DNA of 64,000 bases. Origin: a virus. Shown one piece after another: positions 1 to 8,390 of the stretch. The notes under the pieces were generated by a model, which was not told the origin of the DNA, ran no database searches, and was given only the letters and a program-made list of their open reading frames with translations. Numbering within the stretch: position 1 is the first letter of the stretch; each line of letters starts with the position of its first letter. The translations under genes were made by a program, and so were the position numbers. The DNA is taken from positions 1-64,000 of IMG/VR virus record IMGVR_UViG_3300031227_000018. One strand, 5' to 3'.

Positions 1-2
1 TA

Positions 3-140
3 TCAAGGGTTGCATTTGTTATATGGCAATGCCATGATAAAGGTGATTTTTTTGCCAAACAATGGAATAAATGGTTTATGACTAAAGAAGTTCCAGATCA
101 ACATATCATTTTGATTCAACCACGTGAGATTGAGGTATAG
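3..140 (+). CDS. 3' end of a hypothetical protein (partial)
   Basis: Open frame from the window edge to TAG at 138-140. Confidence 0.55.
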   Translation, partial: SRVAFVIWQCHDKGDFFAKQWNKWFMTKEVPDQHIILIQPREIEV

Positions 141-154
141 AGCGGGAGGTTTGG

Positions 155-346
155 GTGGGAATTATCAGGAGTTATGCAGCTTATCTTATTAAATATAGAT
201 GCAAGAAAAGAGATAAAAATGTTTTTTTGAAATCTGTCAATAAATTAGTGGATAGAAAAGTGCGGAAGGAAAGAAGAAGGGGTTTTTGGGTAGGTTTTGG
301 AAGTATACTGGGGAGTTTGTTTTATCAAAAAAGGCGGTATAAATGA
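155..346 (+). CDS. small hypothetical protein
   Basis: GGGAGG RBS, GTG start; stop overlaps the next ATG. Confidence 0.6.
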   Translation: MGIIRSYAAYLIKYRCKKRDKNVFLKSVNKLVDRKVRKERRRGFWVGFGSILGSLFYQKRRYK

Positions 347-555
347 AGATAACTGGGATTAAAGCTGAATTGATTAAAGCGAAGGAGTTAAAGGTTGGTG
401 AATTATTCTCAAATGTGGGTCAAAAATATTGGGATAAGGCTATAGAAGCTGAAGATGGTTGTGTGGGTGAAAGAATATACATACGCACTCAGGCAAAAAC
501 TCCAAAAGATCAGGGAGAGGTAGATGTTTTTAGGATTATTGTGGAGGAAAAATGA
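343..555 (+). CDS. hypothetical protein
   Basis: ATGA-coupled to both neighbours. Confidence 0.65.
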   Translation: MKITGIKAELIKAKELKVGELFSNVGQKYWDKAIEAEDGCVGERIYIRTQAKTPKDQGEVDVFRIIVEEK

Positions 556-1487
556 CATCTTCTAATGAAAACGATATTTTTATATATATTATGGCGGGTG
601 GGAGTGGAACGCGATTTGCACCACTTTCTACACCTGAGAAACCGAAGCAGTTTCTTAAAATAATAAATGACAAAAGTTTGTTGAGACAAACGTATGAGAG
701 GGTAAAGGGCATAACAAGTAATGTTTATATTGGTGTAAATGTCAGTCACATCAATCATATTTATAAAGAATTGCCTGGTTTTGATGTAAATAAAGTGTTG
801 ATGGAGACTGAGATGAAAAATACTGGTCCTGCCATCGCGCACGCAGCTCAATTTTTCTTTAAAATAAATCCAAAAGCAGTGATGGTGTGTGTTCCGGCTG
901 ATCATTACATTCATGATGAGAAAAAGTTTGTGCAGGTTGTCGAAGAAGCATGCAGTGTTGCTCGATATTACCGGATGGTGGTTACGTTGGGGATGAAACC
1001 GACGTATCCGTCTACGGAATACGGTTATATAAAGAAGGGTGCATTAATCATTAATAAGAGGGGTAATCAGGTATATAAGGTGAAGAGGTTTGTAGAAAAG
1101 CCAAATCTTGAGAAAGCCACTGACTATTTGAAGGAAGGTAGTTATTATTGGAATGGTGGAATTTTTGTTTGGGGTGTATGCGCAGCTTTGTGGTTTTATA
1201 AAAAATGTTCCCCTGACATTTATAGAGCTTTGTCGATTTTAGGTGATGGAACGGATAAGAGTCGAATCATTAACTACTATAAAAGCGTCCCTAGGATATC
1301 TGTAGATTATGCTATTATGGAAAAAAGCGATAACGATATTGGAATGATACCTGCTGATATTGGTTGGAATGATGTGGGGACTTGGGAATCATTGGATCGT
1401 TTTATTAAAAAAAATAAATCAATAATTATGTCAGGTGATTTTATAGATTATTTGAATGGGTGGAAAAAGAAAGGGAGGGAAATATGA
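552..1487 (+). CDS. manC: mannose-1-phosphate guanylyltransferase
   Basis: Motifs IMAGGSGTRF-PLS-PKQFL, NTGPAI, PADHYI, FVEKP, WNGGIF, ISVDYAIMEK, W.DVGTW; no PMI cupin domain. Confidence 0.93.
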   Translation: MTSSNENDIFIYIMAGGSGTRFAPLSTPEKPKQFLKIINDKSLLRQTYERVKGITSNVYIGVNVSHINHIYKELPGFDVNKVLMETEMKNTGPAIAHAAQFFFKINPKAVMVCVPADHYIHDEKKFVQVVEEACSVARYYRMVVTLGMKPTYPSTEYGYIKKGALIINKRGNQVYKVKRFVEKPNLEKATDYLKEGSYYWNGGIFVWGVCAALWFYKKCSPDIYRALSILGDGTDKSRIINYYKSVPRISVDYAIMEKSDNDIGMIPADIGWNDVGTWESLDRFIKKNKSIIMSGDFIDYLNGWKKKGREI

Positions 1488-1810
1488 GGGTAATTGTTGG
1501 AAATAGGGGTGTGGGTAAAACTACGAAGTTGATGGAAATGGTTATGAAAGATTCTAATGCGATTTTAGTGGTTTTTTGTCAGGTAGAGAAAGATCGTATT
1601 CTGAAAGAGTTTCTTGCATCGGATCATTCTATTCCTGTCATTGTGTGGGATAATGACACTAATTTCAGAAGGGAATGTGCTTTACATGCACATAAGAATT
1701 TTTATATCGATAATATTGAGGTTTGTTTGAGACGTACAATAGGAAATGTGGAGGCAATATCCTTGACTGGTGTAATAGATATAACATCAACGATAGAAGG
1801 GCAACAATGA
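1484..1810 (+). CDS. small P-loop protein
   Basis: Walker A-like GNRGVGKTT and a later YIDN; GGGAGG RBS before ATG 1484. Confidence 0.55.
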   Translation: MRVIVGNRGVGKTTKLMEMVMKDSNAILVVFCQVEKDRILKEFLASDHSIPVIVWDNDTNFRRECALHAHKNFYIDNIEVCLRRTIGNVEAISLTGVIDITSTIEGQQ

Positions 1811-2238
1811 TATGTGATGTTTGTTGTAATAGTAAATGTGTTCATGTGGGACCTAGCTGGATGAATATAGTTTGTAAAAATTATAAGGAGTCTACAATGA
1901 ATAATAAAGTTATATATAAACACAGTGAGGGTCAATATGTTATATGGGGTAAAGAAGAATATTTTGAACCTTCCCATTTGGTCAGGAAGCATTGGGCGGT
2001 TCCTTATGCAGATGAGAAGTTTTGTCGTCATATAGTGGGTGAATACAATAATCTTTGGAATGCTTTTCGTGAAAGTGAGGAGATGTCTAATGTTGCGGTG
2101 GGTAAATCTATAAGATCTATTGAGGCATTGAGTGATATAAAGAAAAGTTTGCGCAAATTGATGAAAGAAAGGGTTTTTTTGAGAAAGAAAGACTTAAAGC
2201 ATATCTTAGATGTTTGTGATGGGTATGTTCAAGTTTGA
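1807..2238 (+). CDS. hypothetical protein, Cys-rich N-terminus
   Basis: ATG 1807 overlaps the upstream stop; CDVCC..KC.H. Confidence 0.55.
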   Translation: MICDVCCNSKCVHVGPSWMNIVCKNYKESTMNNKVIYKHSEGQYVIWGKEEYFEPSHLVRKHWAVPYADEKFCRHIVGEYNNLWNAFRESEEMSNVAVGKSIRSIEALSDIKKSLRKLMKERVFLRKKDLKHILDVCDGYVQV

Positions 2239-2255
2239 GGAATCAGGAGGAATAA

Positions 2256-2453
2256 ATGGACCACATATTTAAGGTATTTCCATATATGTGTATGCAGATA
2301 CCTGAGAGGCAAATTGAATCTCAGAAACCTCGGAAGGTTAAGCATAAGATTCTACCAGAGACTTGCGATCGATACTGCAGAGATAGAAGAAGAAGGATCG
2401 AACAGCAGGAACGAATGTGGAGACAACACTGGTGGATGAAACCTCAACGATAA
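2256..2453 (+). CDS. hypothetical protein
   Basis: AGGAGG RBS. Confidence 0.6.
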   Translation: MDHIFKVFPYMCMQIPERQIESQKPRKVKHKILPETCDRYCRDRRRRIEQQERMWRQHWWMKPQR

Positions 2454-2456
2454 AGG

Positions 2457-2747
2457 ATGAAACCAATGACAATAATTGAGGAGTTTGATACCATAAAAAG
2501 TTTAACTAATTATTCCGATGATGAGATTGACAAAACTGTTCTAATTGTAAGTAAGACATTTTTAAAATTCTTCCTTCTCACCAAACTCAAAGAAGAAAAG
2601 ATGAAGCTGTTGGATAGGTTAGTGTTGGAAAAGCAGTCGGTAGAAGGAGATGAACACGATATGACAGCAGTTCATCATGTTAGTGGGTTCAATGCTGCGG
2701 TGGAAAGACTTGAATTAATAAAAGAAGAGATAAGGAAGGAACTTTAA
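2457..2747 (+). CDS. hypothetical protein
   Basis: ORF in a tightly packed run. Confidence 0.6.
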   Translation: MKPMTIIEEFDTIKSLTNYSDDEIDKTVLIVSKTFLKFFLLTKLKEEKMKLLDRLVLEKQSVEGDEHDMTAVHHVSGFNAAVERLELIKEEIRKEL

Positions 2748-2764
2748 CAATTGGGGAGGATGAT

Positions 2765-2995
2765 ATGCCGATGGATTTTTTAGATATGAAAAGTTTACAA
2801 AATGCTGCAAAAGTTCACGGGTTTAGAAAGGTTGGGGGGAAAGAAACAGAACAAGAATATAGAATTGCTCTGGCGGACCACGTTGCTTCTATAGATTTCA
2901 TTGAATCTGAGGAAATAAGGAATGGGATTGGCTGGGATAAGTGGTCTGAAAAACAGAAATCAGATATGCTCAAAAGAAAAATGCTTGATCTTTAA
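2765..2995 (+). CDS. hypothetical protein
   Basis: GGGAGG RBS. Confidence 0.65.
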   Translation: MPMDFLDMKSLQNAAKVHGFRKVGGKETEQEYRIALADHVASIDFIESEEIRNGIGWDKWSEKQKSDMLKRKMLDL

Positions 2996-3160
2996 CAGCG
3001 TGAGCGTGCATACGTGGTGGGAACGCGTCTGTTGAGCCGCAAGCTCGACATTATATGAGAATTTGTCGACCTCGTATAGTATGGCATGGACATTTCACAG
3101 ATTGCGCAGTCTGTGGTAAATGCAAGCAAGTTCGAATCTTGTCACGTCTTATGCTGTTAA
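2992..3160 (+). ncRNA. tRNA-like structured RNA of unknown class (about 170 nt)
   Basis: 5' and 3' ends pair (TTAACAGCGTGAGCGTG with CACGTCTTATGCTGTTAA); T-arm GCAAG-TTCGAAT-CTTGT; D-like CGT-GGTGGGA-ACG; three further hairpins; intergenic. Confidence 0.6.
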
Positions 3161-3181
3161 TTTATAAGGGGGAGGTGGAAG

Positions 3182-3457
3182 ATGACTGATTTTTTAAACG
3201 ATGAAGAATGTGTAACGCATTATATCTGCGATTGTTTAAATAAAAGGATGATTAAACTGGAGGCGGAGAATAGAAGGCTAAAAGAAAAACTAAAACATGA
3301 GCAAGAAGCTAATCACCAAGCATGGGATCGCATAAGAGAACTTGAGTTGGAGAATGCTGAACTTTTGAAGAATAAAGAGGAAGTAAATAAAATGATAGGA
3401 AATTGGTTCTGCACGAGGGCTAAAGCAAGCGTTACAAAAAATGAGGATATAAAATGA
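3182..3457 (+). CDS. coiled-coil hypothetical protein
   Basis: GGAGG RBS; heptad-like LEAENRRLKEKL. Confidence 0.65.
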   Translation: MTDFLNDEECVTHYICDCLNKRMIKLEAENRRLKEKLKHEQEANHQAWDRIRELELENAELLKNKEEVNKMIGNWFCTRAKASVTKNEDIK

Positions 3458-3578
3458 AAGGAGAAAATCGTGAGTATATATAATGATGACAATTGTTTTG
3501 ATGCAGTAAGCTGATTATGGCCAGAGAACTGTGTTTGGAAATTAAACGAAACGTAGGGCGTTAATGAAGGAGGGCGGG

Positions 3579-3917
3579 ATGAAGAAGATTTTGATGTTAG
3601 TAGCTTTAGTGGTGGCGTTGTGTCCGATGATCGTGCAAGCGGGGAATCTTACTTATTCGGATATACAGTATTTTTATCCACTAGTAAAAGTTTCAGATTA
3701 CAATGGGAAGATTTTGGCTCAACGTATCGGTGAGCCAAATGTGGCATTGGTGAGTAACTGTTTTATGAAATGTATCACCAGTGGCGGTACGCCCAGAATG
3801 TGCGAAATGATTATTGAGAAACAGGGGGTAAGGGAGAACAATGCTCTTTGTGCTGATCTCACTGACGACAATGTTGCTACATATCTTGAGTTGCGGAGAG
3901 AGGTGCTTGGCTATTAA
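3579..3917 (+). CDS. secreted protein with signal peptide
   Basis: MKKILMLVALVVALCPMIVQA is a Sec-type signal; several Cys; AGGAGG RBS. Confidence 0.65.
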   Translation: MKKILMLVALVVALCPMIVQAGNLTYSDIQYFYPLVKVSDYNGKILAQRIGEPNVALVSNCFMKCITSGGTPRMCEMIIEKQGVRENNALCADLTDDNVATYLELRREVLGY

Positions 3918-4001
3918 AGGAGAGTAATAGGGATGGATGATATTTTTGATAAGTTTTTTAAATGAAGAACATTATTTTTATAAGAAAGAGGGGGGGGGTA
4001 C

Positions 4002-4262
4002 ATGGAATTGGTAAAAGATATGCACAGTCTTGTTCCTGTTTTGGCGAGAGAATCGTTAAAAAGGTATGTTAATGATAGGGTTCCAACAGGGGGATTTCTC
4101 AGGGCAGTTCTTGAGCATGACTTATTTGAAGCAGTTGGTCGTGCTGATGCGAATAATATGAAGATTATTCCTGAGATAGTGAGGTACATCTACAATGAGT
4201 TGCCTTCTGTATGTCATGGGGATAAATATATTGTTAATGAATGGTTAAAAGGAGGGGGATAA
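4002..4262 (+). CDS. hypothetical phage protein
   Basis: PTGGFLRAVLEHDL..AV.RAD motif; G9 tract in the RBS position. Confidence 0.7.
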   Translation: MELVKDMHSLVPVLARESLKRYVNDRVPTGGFLRAVLEHDLFEAVGRADANNMKIIPEIVRYIYNELPSVCHGDKYIVNEWLKGGG

Positions 4263-4483
4263 AATTGAAACCAGCAGAAAAGAAGCCAGAAATCGTTTAT
4301 AGAATTATAGATAAACAAACAGGAGAATCGGTTGGTTCTTATAGTCGCGCTTATTGTGATGAATATGATTTCAATAGTGTTGCAGAAGCAAGAGAAGCTA
4401 ATTGCCATGGTAGGTTTGAAGATAGAGAAAAATATAAAATTGCTAAGTATAAAGTTACTTACGAGTTGGTGGAGGATAACTGA
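4241..4483 (+). CDS. hypothetical protein
   Basis: ORF in a packed run; start uncertain. Confidence 0.6.
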   Translation: MVKRRGIKLKPAEKKPEIVYRIIDKQTGESVGSYSRAYCDEYDFNSVAEAREANCHGRFEDREKYKIAKYKVTYELVEDN

Positions 4484-4494
4484 GGGAGGGAGAG

Positions 4495-4719
4495 ATGATG
4501 GAAATCGTTAATATTATATTTTTATTTTTAGTATTACTTTGTTTTTTAGGGGTTGTAACATGCATTGTAACTGTATATAGAAAAGAAAAGGTTGATCGGA
4601 AGAAGAGTGTTGTTAAATGTAATACGTGTAAGATGGAGATTGATAAGGATGCAGATTATCGTAAAAAAGTAAAAGTTAAAGTATCGGAGGAAGGGAATGA
4701 AAATAAAAAAGGAACATAA
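4495..4719 (+). CDS. small membrane protein with CxxC
   Basis: N-terminal hydrophobic helix; CNTC. Confidence 0.6.
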   Translation: MMEIVNIIFLFLVLLCFLGVVTCIVTVYRKEKVDRKKSVVKCNTCKMEIDKDADYRKKVKVKVSEEGNENKKGT

Positions 4720-4924
4720 AGCGTGGGAAATCTTCAAAACGCCAAGAAAAGATATAACAAATATGATTGCAAACGGGGAAATGACTACGTTAATTAGCTT
4801 TGAGACTAAAAAATGAGCGTTAGCTTGGAAAGAAAGTGAATTGAAAATAGGACAATTTAAAGAAGAAGATTTTTATCAACAACCAAAGCGGGTTAAGCTG
4901 CTTATCAGTTATGAAATAGAATAG
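4697..4924 (+). pseudogene. 75-codon ORF interrupted by one in-frame TGA (4814-4816)
   Basis: GGAGG RBS, ATG 4697; the frame continues after TGA to TAG 4922-4924, just before the next RBS. Confidence 0.45.
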
Positions 4925-4933
4925 GGGTGGAGC

Positions 4934-5863
4934 ATGAAAGTCATGGTCACTGGAGGAGCAGGTTTCATTGGGTCGCATATTGTCGATGCTTATATCAACG
5001 ACGGGTATCAGGTTATTGTTATTGATAATTTATCGACTGGTAAGCGTGAGAATCTTAATTCAAAGGCGAAGTTTTATGAATGTGATATTTGTTCTGATGA
5101 AGCAAAAGGAATCATTGAGAGAGAAAAGCCAGAAGTGATAAATCATCATGCTGCGCAGATTGATGTTCGAGAATCAACAGCCAATCCTTTGCATGATATA
5201 GATGTCAATGTTAAAGGGTTAGTCAGTCTTTTAGAGGTCGCAAAGGATTGTGGCTTAAAAAGGGTTATTTTAGCATCATCAGGCGGTGCAGTATATGGAG
5301 AGCAGAATTACTTTCCAGTTGATGAGAATCATTCCACAAGACCCCTTAACCCTTATGGAATAAACAAATTGATCTCGGAGAAATATCTTCATTATTATAA
5401 GACACAATATGATATCAATTATATAGTATTAAGATATGCGAATGTTTATGGTCCAAGACAAAATGCGGATGGTGAGGCTGGTGTCATTGCAACCTTTATT
5501 AATAAAATGTTGACAGGTGGGCAACCTATCATAAACGGTGACGGTAAGCAGACTCGTGACTATATTTATGTTGAAGATGTTGTTGAAGCGAATCGTGTGA
5601 TTTTTAATAAGAGGGGAAGCGGTATCTATAATGTTGGGACTGGAAAAGAAACTGATGTGAATGCAGTTTTTTGTGCTATTAAAGAACTCACCAATTCTAC
5701 ATGTCTTAAGAAGTGTGGCCCTCCTGAGTGGGGTGAGCAGCAGCGGAGTTCTATTTCTTCAGTACGAATCAGTCGGGATTTTGATTTTGTTACAAAGACA
5801 CCATTTATTGAGGGATTAAAATGTACGGTTCAGTGGTTTAAAAATAACAGTACAAGGAGATAG
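4934..5863 (+). CDS. galE: NAD-dependent epimerase (UDP-glucose/GlcNAc 4-epimerase-like)
   Basis: TGGAGFIGSH, HHAAQ, SSGGAVYG, YGINK (YxxxK), RYANVYGPRQ, GDGKQTRDY. Exact substrate not resolvable. Confidence 0.85.
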   Translation: MKVMVTGGAGFIGSHIVDAYINDGYQVIVIDNLSTGKRENLNSKAKFYECDICSDEAKGIIEREKPEVINHHAAQIDVRESTANPLHDIDVNVKGLVSLLEVAKDCGLKRVILASSGGAVYGEQNYFPVDENHSTRPLNPYGINKLISEKYLHYYKTQYDINYIVLRYANVYGPRQNADGEAGVIATFINKMLTGGQPIINGDGKQTRDYIYVEDVVEANRVIFNKRGSGIYNVGTGKETDVNAVFCAIKELTNSTCLKKCGPPEWGEQQRSSISSVRISRDFDFVTKTPFIEGLKCTVQWFKNNSTRR

Positions 5864-5866
5864 GTT

Positions 5867-6136
5867 ATGACAAAAGATATTGAATTTATTCGTAGAGCTC
5901 CACCTGATGAGAAAATTGCACCACCAGAGGTTCCTACGCCTCGTCCACCGGATGTTTATAAGAGTGACCTTGATGTTTGGTTGAGTTTTGTTTTCCATTC
6001 TCCTCCTTTTTATTCGGGGGGTGGTGAAAACGATGATTTATCGGTCTTAGAAACCACTGCCATAAATTCTGCTAAATATGCAGATTTTATGTTAAAAGAA
6101 TATAAAAAGAGAAAAAACAATGGGGAGGAATACTGA
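5867..6136 (+). CDS. hypothetical protein
   Basis: AAGGAG RBS; Pro-rich N-terminus. Confidence 0.6.
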   Translation: MTKDIEFIRRAPPDEKIAPPEVPTPRPPDVYKSDLDVWLSFVFHSPPFYSGGGENDDLSVLETTAINSAKYADFMLKEYKKRKNNGEEY

Positions 6137-6558
6137 TGAGAAATATAGGTGAAGTGATAAAGAAGGTTAAGGGTTGTATTCCTGTTAAACGTAATAAGGA
6201 TGTAATCGATGGTTTAGATGAGTTGCAACATGATTTTAGTTATAAAGCCCCAGAACAGATGACAGACTGTTGGTGTCGGCTTGAGCATTATTTAACACGT
6301 GTCTTAGGGCCGACGGATGTTAAGTGGAAAAGGGATATTCAAGATATCATGGCTGATAAAGAGAAGGTTTTAGTTACTAAAGTGCAATTGGAATGTTTTA
6401 ACGGTCCTTGTATTTATAAAGCCACAAGTGTTGAGGCTATTCTCGAGGAGGTAAAAGGTCTTTTGGGGGAAGATGATGAAGAAAGTGTTATCACTTTGAC
6501 GACTGAGTATATGGATAAAAAAAAGTTTGAAGGTTTAAAAGAATTTGAAGGATATTAA
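6136..6558 (+). CDS. hypothetical protein
   Basis: GGAGG RBS; coupled start. Confidence 0.65.
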   Translation: MRNIGEVIKKVKGCIPVKRNKDVIDGLDELQHDFSYKAPEQMTDCWCRLEHYLTRVLGPTDVKWKRDIQDIMADKEKVLVTKVQLECFNGPCIYKATSVEAILEEVKGLLGEDDEESVITLTTEYMDKKKFEGLKEFEGY

Positions 6559-6570
6559 AAGGAGGAATGC

Positions 6571-7062
6571 ATGGAAATCGGTGATGTGCGGGTAATTTCT
6601 TATGTTTGTGATAAGTTGAGGAATACGTTGCAAAAGACATTTGCTAGGATTTCGAGGAGGTATGTTTTTAAAAATATGGCAAGTGTAATTTGCAGCACAT
6701 TACAGCAGTTCCAGGATCAAGGAATACTGGAAAGTTTTGATATGAATAAAACCTCTATTAAAATGGTGTGGAATACGTGGAGTTTATGGGAAAAGATGTA
6801 TTGGTATTATAAAATGAAATTTGGATTTGGTAAGAAAGAATATGAGGTGTACTCGGGATTAGAAAGTTTCTTATTAGATCAATTGTTTGATGAAAATAAC
6901 AGCAAAGATGTGTGTAAGATTATGGAAGGTGTACTGTTGAATTATTGTGATACAAATAAGAAATGGTGGTACGAACTTTACCCGAAAAAGATAGTGTTTG
7001 TTGATATCATGATTTCCCTATCCCAGGGAGTCGATTGTGTAGTGATGAATGTTGAGATATAG
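6571..7062 (+). CDS. stand-alone tail-sheath C-terminal-domain-like protein
   Basis: Three blocks align by eye to the C-terminus of the sheath at 43046-45529 (see findings). Confidence 0.5.
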   Translation: MEIGDVRVISYVCDKLRNTLQKTFARISRRYVFKNMASVICSTLQQFQDQGILESFDMNKTSIKMVWNTWSLWEKMYWYYKMKFGFGKKEYEVYSGLESFLLDQLFDENNSKDVCKIMEGVLLNYCDTNKKWWYELYPKKIVFVDIMISLSQGVDCVVMNVEI

Positions 7063-7084
7063 GAATAAATAAAAGGAGAATAAT

Positions 7085-7426
7085 ATGAATCCAGAAAATA
7101 TATGTTGTAGTTTAGAAACAGCGCAGGAAATTAAAGAAGCAGGATGGGTTAAGGAAACTGCATTTGTGTGGTTGGGACAATGCAATGAAAATTATAGGCT
7201 ATGGCCGATTAACCATATTGGTTATGTATTAGATGATATGGACGATTTTTACTATGCTCCCACCACTTCAGAAATATGTATTCCAGATGACTGTACAATC
7301 AAGCAATTCAGTGGAAGATTTACCTTTTACAAGGGAGGAGAACATGCAACATGCATTTACTATCCCACTGAAGCAGAAGCTAAAGCTGGAATGTGGATGT
7401 ATTTAAAAAGAGAGGAGTTGAAATGA
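7085..7426 (+). CDS. hypothetical protein, paralog A
   Basis: MNPENICCSLET..EAGW..APT..TE.EAKA.MW.YLK shared with 7629-7997. Confidence 0.75.
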   Translation: MNPENICCSLETAQEIKEAGWVKETAFVWLGQCNENYRLWPINHIGYVLDDMDDFYYAPTTSEICIPDDCTIKQFSGRFTFYKGGEHATCIYYPTEAEAKAGMWMYLKREELK

Positions 7427-7632
7427 AGATTAAAAAGACAACTCTCAGTATATGTATAAATCAGGATTTAGAAAAGGAAGTTTGTGCCCTTGATGATGAG
7501 GGTAATATAATAACTATTTTCACTGAACAAGAGGTAGATGATTTTATAGAGAAATGGCAGACAACTGATTGGAACGTGGGACAAGAGGCTATTCTCAATA
7601 CTCGTTTTTTATTGGAAGAGAGGATGAAATGA
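7423..7632 (+). CDS. hypothetical protein
   Basis: GAGGAG RBS; ATGA-coupled. Confidence 0.6.
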   Translation: MKIKKTTLSICINQDLEKEVCALDDEGNIITIFTEQEVDDFIEKWQTTDWNVGQEAILNTRFLLEERMK

Positions 7633-7997
7633 ATCCAGAATCAATATGTTGTAGCTTAGAGACATCTAAGAAGTTACAAGAAGCAGGATGGGGTAGGGGA
7701 ACAGTGTTTGCGTGGGCTCAATTCAAAGACTTGTCAGAAAGACCTTTTGAATTATGTAGAATAGATATGCTCAATTTAGATGATTACAATTGGTATCCGG
7801 CCCCTACAAGTGCAGAGATAGAATTACCAGGCACTGATCAACATACATACTTTACAGATGGGAAATACCTTGATGGAACATGCGTGGAGGGGAAACCGTT
7901 TAGAATTTTTGATGGCGTCACTCATTTTGATGGGGAAACCGAAGTAGAAGCAAAAGCAAAAATGTGGTTATATTTAAAAGAAGGGGATTTAATATGA
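7629..7997 (+). CDS. hypothetical protein, paralog B
   Basis: Paralog of 7085-7426; start set by alignment. Confidence 0.75.
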   Translation: MNPESICCSLETSKKLQEAGWGRGTVFAWAQFKDLSERPFELCRIDMLNLDDYNWYPAPTSAEIELPGTDQHTYFTDGKYLDGTCVEGKPFRIFDGVTHFDGETEVEAKAKMWLYLKEGDLI

Positions 7998-8233
7998 AAA
8001 ATGAAGAATTGGATGCACTAAAAAATGCTTTAAGACATTCTCCATCATCGCTAAAGAATTGTGTCGTAGAAGCAATTCCCATTTATATGCATGGGATTGA
8101 GCCTGATACAGTTGATAACACATTTGAATGGTTTTATTGTCATTTTGCCTCATTAGAAAGTTGGCAGAGATACGGCTCGGATGTTAATTGGGATGGTTGG
8201 ATGAAAAAACTTATTAAACAATTAAACAATTAG
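7994..8233 (+). CDS. hypothetical protein
   Basis: Coupled start; last gene before an AT-rich gap. Confidence 0.6.
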   Translation: MKNEELDALKNALRHSPSSLKNCVVEAIPIYMHGIEPDTVDNTFEWFYCHFASLESWQRYGSDVNWDGWMKKLIKQLNN

Positions 8234-8390
8234 AAAAAGTAGAAAAAAAATAAAATTTAAATCAATAAAAAATAAAGATAAATTAGGGGAATAAAATTAA
8301 ATCATTAAATAATAACAATTTAACAATCTAATAATGGTTTTATTTATTATTACCTTTTCTTTTTCGAAGAACTAAAATAAAGTTATTCTT

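Noticed and set aside
2992-3160. tRNA-Sec, opal suppressor or tmRNA
   Set aside because: The TTCA at ~3094 is inside a stem, there is no anticodon loop or CCA, and it is too short with no tag ORF.
8234-8390. AT-rich gap as a replication origin
   Set aside because: No iterons or nearby replication genes; more simply a promoter/terminator region.
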